Shown: one piece after another, positions 35,403-38,368 of the stretch
Layout of the letters: each line of letters starts with the position of its first letter
How positions within the stretch are numbered: position 1 is the first letter of the stretch
Assembly: GCA_040289515.1 (NCBI GenBank)
Contig: PSLI01000013.1
Coordinates: forward strand, 1-38,368
Length of the DNA: 38,368 nt
Direction: 5' to 3'
Source of the DNA: Candidatus Sysuimicrobiota bacterium
GTDB lineage: Bacteria > Sysuimicrobiota > Sysuimicrobiia > Sysuimicrobiales > Sysuimicrobiaceae
The notes under the pieces: model-generated
Told to the model about the DNA's origin: nothing
Database searches by the model: none
What the model saw: the letters and a program-made list of their open reading frames with translations, nothing else
Translations under genes and position numbers: made by a program

Positions 35403-35708
35403 ATGACGGTGCCCTTCAACCGTCCGTGCCCGCAGTGTGGCGCCGAGATGGAGCTGCTGGCTTCCGACGAGCTCGGCGCGGTGCTCGTGTACGAGTGCGT
35501 GGAGTGCGGCTACCAGGCAAAGGAGCGGGTGGAGGACGTGGAGGAAGAGGCCTTCCAGCCGGAAGTGGAATCCCAAGAGGACGTGGTGGAATCCCAAGAG
35601 GAAGAGGCCTTCCAGCCGGAAGAGGAAGAAGAGTTGCCCGAAGAGGAGGAGTGGGACGAGTCCCTCTGGGAGGAGGAAGAGGAGGAAGGGGAGGACGCCT
35701 GGCGGTAG
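35403..35708 (+). CDS. Zinc-ribbon-like protein (CPQC..CVEC) with Glu-rich acidic tail
   Basis: N-terminal CPQCG..M...YECVECGY followed by about 60 residues dominated by E/D. Confidence 0.75.
   Translation: MTVPFNRPCPQCGAEMELLASDELGAVLVYECVECGYQAKERVEDVEEEAFQPEVESQEDVVESQEEEAFQPEEEEELPEEEEWDESLWEEEEEEGEDAWR
35541..35622 (+). repeat. Nested direct repeats within the acidic-tail gene (A-B-B-A order)
   Basis: GAGGAAGAGGCCTTCCAGCCGGAAG at 35541-35565 and 35598-35622. GTGGAATCCCAAGAGGA at 35565-35581 and 35586-35602. Confidence 0.85.
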
Positions 35709-35718
35709 GCCACGCGCG

Positions 35719-36300
35719 GTGCTGCGCTATGCCACGTGGCGCTGCGCCGCGGGGCTGGTGTTCGTGGCCGTCAGTGCACGGGGCGTGCGGCACGTGTGGC
35801 TGGGCCGGACCGCCCGGGAGCTGGTAGACACCCTCCGGAGGGAACCGGGGGCCTGCTGCCTGCGGTGCGATCCGCGCCTGCGGACGTTGGCGCAGCTCAT
35901 CTGGCAGAGACTACGGCATCCCGTGCGCCTGCCGCTGGATCTGCGTGGTACTCCCTTTCAGCGGAGGGTGTGGAGAGCTCTGCGCCGCATCCGGCCGGGG
36001 ACGACGGTGACCTACGCGGAACTGGCCGGGCGGGTGGGCCGTCCGAGCGCGGTGCGGGCCGTGGCGCGAGCGTGCGCAGCCAACCCGCTGGCCCTGCTGA
36101 TCCCCTGTCACAGGGTGGTGCGGTCCGACGGGAAACTGGGCGGCTATCGCTGGGGAGCTGCGCGCAAGCGGCTGCTGCTGGAATTCGAAGCCCGCCGCCG
36201 CTGCGACCCGCCTTCAGGACACCCCGTGCCCTTCCCGCACCATGCGCACCAGCCGGGCCGCCAGGTCCTCCAGGAGCGCCTGCCGCGCAGGGCCAGGTAG
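35719..36300 (+). CDS. ogt: Methylated-DNA--protein-cysteine S-methyltransferase
   Basis: LDLRGTPFQRRVW..L..I..G.TVTY.ELA...G.PSAVRAVA.AC.ANP...IPCHRVV..DG.LGGY.WG...K..LL. Start approximate (GTG 35719). Confidence 0.87.
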   Translation: MLRYATWRCAAGLVFVAVSARGVRHVWLGRTARELVDTLRREPGACCLRCDPRLRTLAQLIWQRLRHPVRLPLDLRGTPFQRRVWRALRRIRPGTTVTYAELAGRVGRPSAVRAVARACAANPLALLIPCHRVVRSDGKLGGYRWGAARKRLLLEFEARRRCDPPSGHPVPFPHHAHQPGRQVLQERLPRRAR

Positions 36301-37962
36301 TTCCCCCCACCGCGGCAGCTCGCACCACGGGCGCTCCCCGAGGGGTTCCTTCGGGGGGCCGACCAGGATGGTGCGCGGTCCCGGGTGGCGGAAGCCCTCC
36401 ACCACCACCACGTCCGGCCACGCGCCACATCGGCCCGCCAGCTGCCAGCACAAGTCCGCCGTAGCGTCCGAGGGCACCGGCATCCGTGGAAAGCAGCGCA
36501 CGGCCAGCTCGCCGTCGCCCACCACCGCCACCGCCACCGCGCCCGCCCGCGCCGCGCGGTCGCTGTCGCTACCCTGCCGGTCCAGCTGGAAGCCGTGCGG
36601 GGCGTGCTTCACCACAGCCACGTGCAGGCCCGCGTCCCGCAGGCGCACCAGCAACCCCTCGATCCACGAGGTCTTGCCGGATCCCGAAGCGCCCACCACG
36701 CCCACCACCAGGGGTGCAGGCAGGGGATTGGGCAGTACCAAGCGCTCGGAAAGCTCCGCGTGATTCAGCAACATCACGGGCACCAGCGACCCCTCCCTCA
36801 GGAAAAAACTCCCCGCGGGGAGCAGGACGAGAGCCTCCGCCCGCGCCAGGCTGTCCAGCACCACACCCCTAAGGGGCTCCACCACAGGACCCTGCGGCGT
36901 CTGCAGCAGCCTGGCCCACCACGCCCGCGTGCGGTCCGTGGCCGGCAACCACCCCTTCAGGGGCAAACTCACTACCGGTCGCACCACGTTCCGGCACCCC
37001 GCCAGCCGCAGCAACAGGGGCCGCGCCAGCAGGTGATAAGCCGCCAGGCACGCCGAGGGACTCCCGGACAGGGCCACCACCCATCGATGCTGCAACCGTG
37101 CGGCGAAGAACGGGCCTCCCGGCTTCAGGTCCACCCGTCCGGCCAGCTTCTTCGCCCCCAGATCCAGCCACGTGCGCGGAACACGATCATAGCGCCCCAC
37201 GGACACCGCACCCGTGGTGAGGATCACGTCGTAGGGGCGGGACAGCGCCCGCAGGAAGGCCGACCGCAACGCCTCCGGCCGGTCCGGGACGGTCCTGCCG
37301 TACTCCACCTGGCAGTCCAGCGCGGAAAGCTCCGCCACCAGGGCGAACGCGTTGGTGTTGAGCACTTTGCCCGGCGGAGGCGGGCCGGGCGGCTCGGTCA
37401 GCTCGTCGCCCGTGCACAGCAACAGGACCCGCGGCCTGCGGTACACGCGCACCTCGGGCACGCCCCCGCCCACCAGTGCGGCCACCACACCGGGTGTGAT
37501 CACCTGCCCCTCCTGAAGGATGCAGGACCCCTCGGCCAGTTCTTCATCCGGGCGCACCACGTGTGGCTTGCGGGGTGGCGGCTGCGCGATGACCACCACG
37601 CTGCCTTCCCGCCGCACCACCTCCACCGGCAGGACCCGATCCCCCCGCAAGGGCATGGCGGCTCCCGTGCTGATCGCCCAAGCCTCTCCCCGGTCCGGCC
37701 CCACCGCGGGTGGCTTGCCGGGCCGACACTCTCCCGTCACCTGCAGGCGGACAGGCTGCTCCGCGCACGCTCCCTGTACGTCCGCATCGTGGCAGACGTA
37801 ACCGTCCATGGCGGCCCTGGCGAACCCGGGGGCAGTCCGTTGGCTGCGCACCTCCTCGGCCGCCACGCGGCCGAAGGCCTGTCCGGAGGGAACCCACTCC
37901 ACACCCAGCGGCCGGGCCTCCTCCAGGAGCGCGCGCAGCACCTCTTCCAAGCGCTCCGCCAT
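36214..37962 (-). CDS. moeA: Molybdopterin molybdotransferase MoeA fused to a C-terminal MobB domain
   Basis: GRV.AE, F.RAAMDGY, ISTGA.MP, TGDEL, TTGAVSVG..D, KPG. Then MobB motifs GASGSGKT, VKHAPHGF..D..GSDS, VVVEGF. The RBS abuts the ATG, so the true start may be TTG 37950. Confidence 0.88.
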   Translation of the reverse strand: MAERLEEVLRALLEEARPLGVEWVPSGQAFGRVAAEEVRSQRTAPGFARAAMDGYVCHDADVQGACAEQPVRLQVTGECRPGKPPAVGPDRGEAWAISTGAAMPLRGDRVLPVEVVRREGSVVVIAQPPPRKPHVVRPDEELAEGSCILQEGQVITPGVVAALVGGGVPEVRVYRRPRVLLLCTGDELTEPPGPPPPGKVLNTNAFALVAELSALDCQVEYGRTVPDRPEALRSAFLRALSRPYDVILTTGAVSVGRYDRVPRTWLDLGAKKLAGRVDLKPGGPFFAARLQHRWVVALSGSPSACLAAYHLLARPLLLRLAGCRNVVRPVVSLPLKGWLPATDRTRAWWARLLQTPQGPVVEPLRGVVLDSLARAEALVLLPAGSFFLREGSLVPVMLLNHAELSERLVLPNPLPAPLVVGVVGASGSGKTSWIEGLLVRLRDAGLHVAVVKHAPHGFQLDRQGSDSDRAARAGAVAVAVVGDGELAVRCFPRMPVPSDATADLCWQLAGRCGAWPDVVVVEGFRHPGPRTILVGPPKEPLGERPWCELPRWGELPGPARQALLEDLAARLVRMVREGHGVS

Positions 37963-38044
37963 CCTCCCTTAGGATCGCGCAAACCCATGGCCGCTGTCTT
38001 CCGGTTGCACGGAGCCTTCCCTTCCCCCACCATGGAAACGCCCG

Positions 38045-38368
38045 GTGCGCTCACGACAGCCAGCCCAGCAGCCTTTCCAGGGACAGCTCCGCAGGCCCCT
38101 CGCCGGGTTGGTGCTGGCGGGCGGCCGCAGCCGCCGCATGGGCACGGACAAGGCGGCCCTGCCCTTCGGGGCCTCCACCCTGCTCGGACGCGTGGTGCGC
38201 AAGTTGCAGGCCTGCTGTGCGCCGGTGGTGGTGGTTACCTCCGCATGTCGGTACCCTGCGGCGGACGTGCCGGTGGTGGTGGACCGCTGGCCGGGGCTGG
38301 GGCCGCTAAGCGGTATAGAGGCCGGCTTGCGGGCCTGCCCGACTGCGTACGCGGCGGTGGTGGCCTGC
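38045..38368 (+). CDS. mobA: Molybdenum cofactor guanylyltransferase (partial, runs off the window)
   Basis: Manual translation LAGLVLAGGRSRRMGTDKAAL..TLL..V..D..PGLGPLSGIEAGL..VVAC. Start uncertain. Not in the ORF track because there is no stop in the window. Confidence 0.88.
   Translation, partial: MRSRQPAQQPFQGQLRRPLAGLVLAGGRSRRMGTDKAALPFGASTLLGRVVRKLQACCAPVVVVTSACRYPAADVPVVVDRWPGLGPLSGIEAGLRACPTAYAAVVAC

Noticed and set aside
35541..35622. CRISPR-like array
   Set aside because: Only two copies of each repeat, in-frame within a coding tail, no regular spacers and no cas genes.
33453..36300. Intact prophage or integrative element at tRNA-Leu
   Set aside because: No integrase, att duplication or phage structural genes visible, and base composition looks like the flanks.
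37963..38044. Moco/Wco riboswitch between moeA-mobB and mobA
   Set aside because: The gap is short and I could not build the multi-stem structure. An isolated GGAAAC is insufficient.

Overview
GC-rich, gene-dense bacterial chromosomal window, mostly core genes. No integrase, transposase, CRISPR array or rRNA was seen. The left half is one long minus-strand run: cysteine desulfurase, a complete 14-gene complex I operon (nuoA-N) that continues with gaps of about 20 nt or less into fixC-fixX (no fixAB in the window) and a DAG-kinase-family lipid kinase, then a NEW3/Ig-like protein + ABC transporter module. The middle holds a GAF-PAS-GGDEF cyclase behind a near-consensus sigma54 promoter, a MerR/HspR-like regulator behind a LexA-type box, HisJ-type PHP and Nudix genes, thyX, and a run of DUF1998 helicase, rsmI, GGCT, paaK, paaI, MFS and GNAT. 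The right end has tRNA-Leu(CAG), a cluster of small genes (an HTH protein, three CxxC..CxxC microproteins, Fe/Mn SOD, ogt), a MoeA-MobB fusion and partial mobA. Three apparent deletion scars were found by reading the sequence: a CoxL-like C-terminal relic, a cupin missing its core, and a Spy/CpxP-like gene missing its middle. Family assignments come from motif recognition, not database searches. Many start codons were re-called from the ORF track using RBS and stop/start overlaps.
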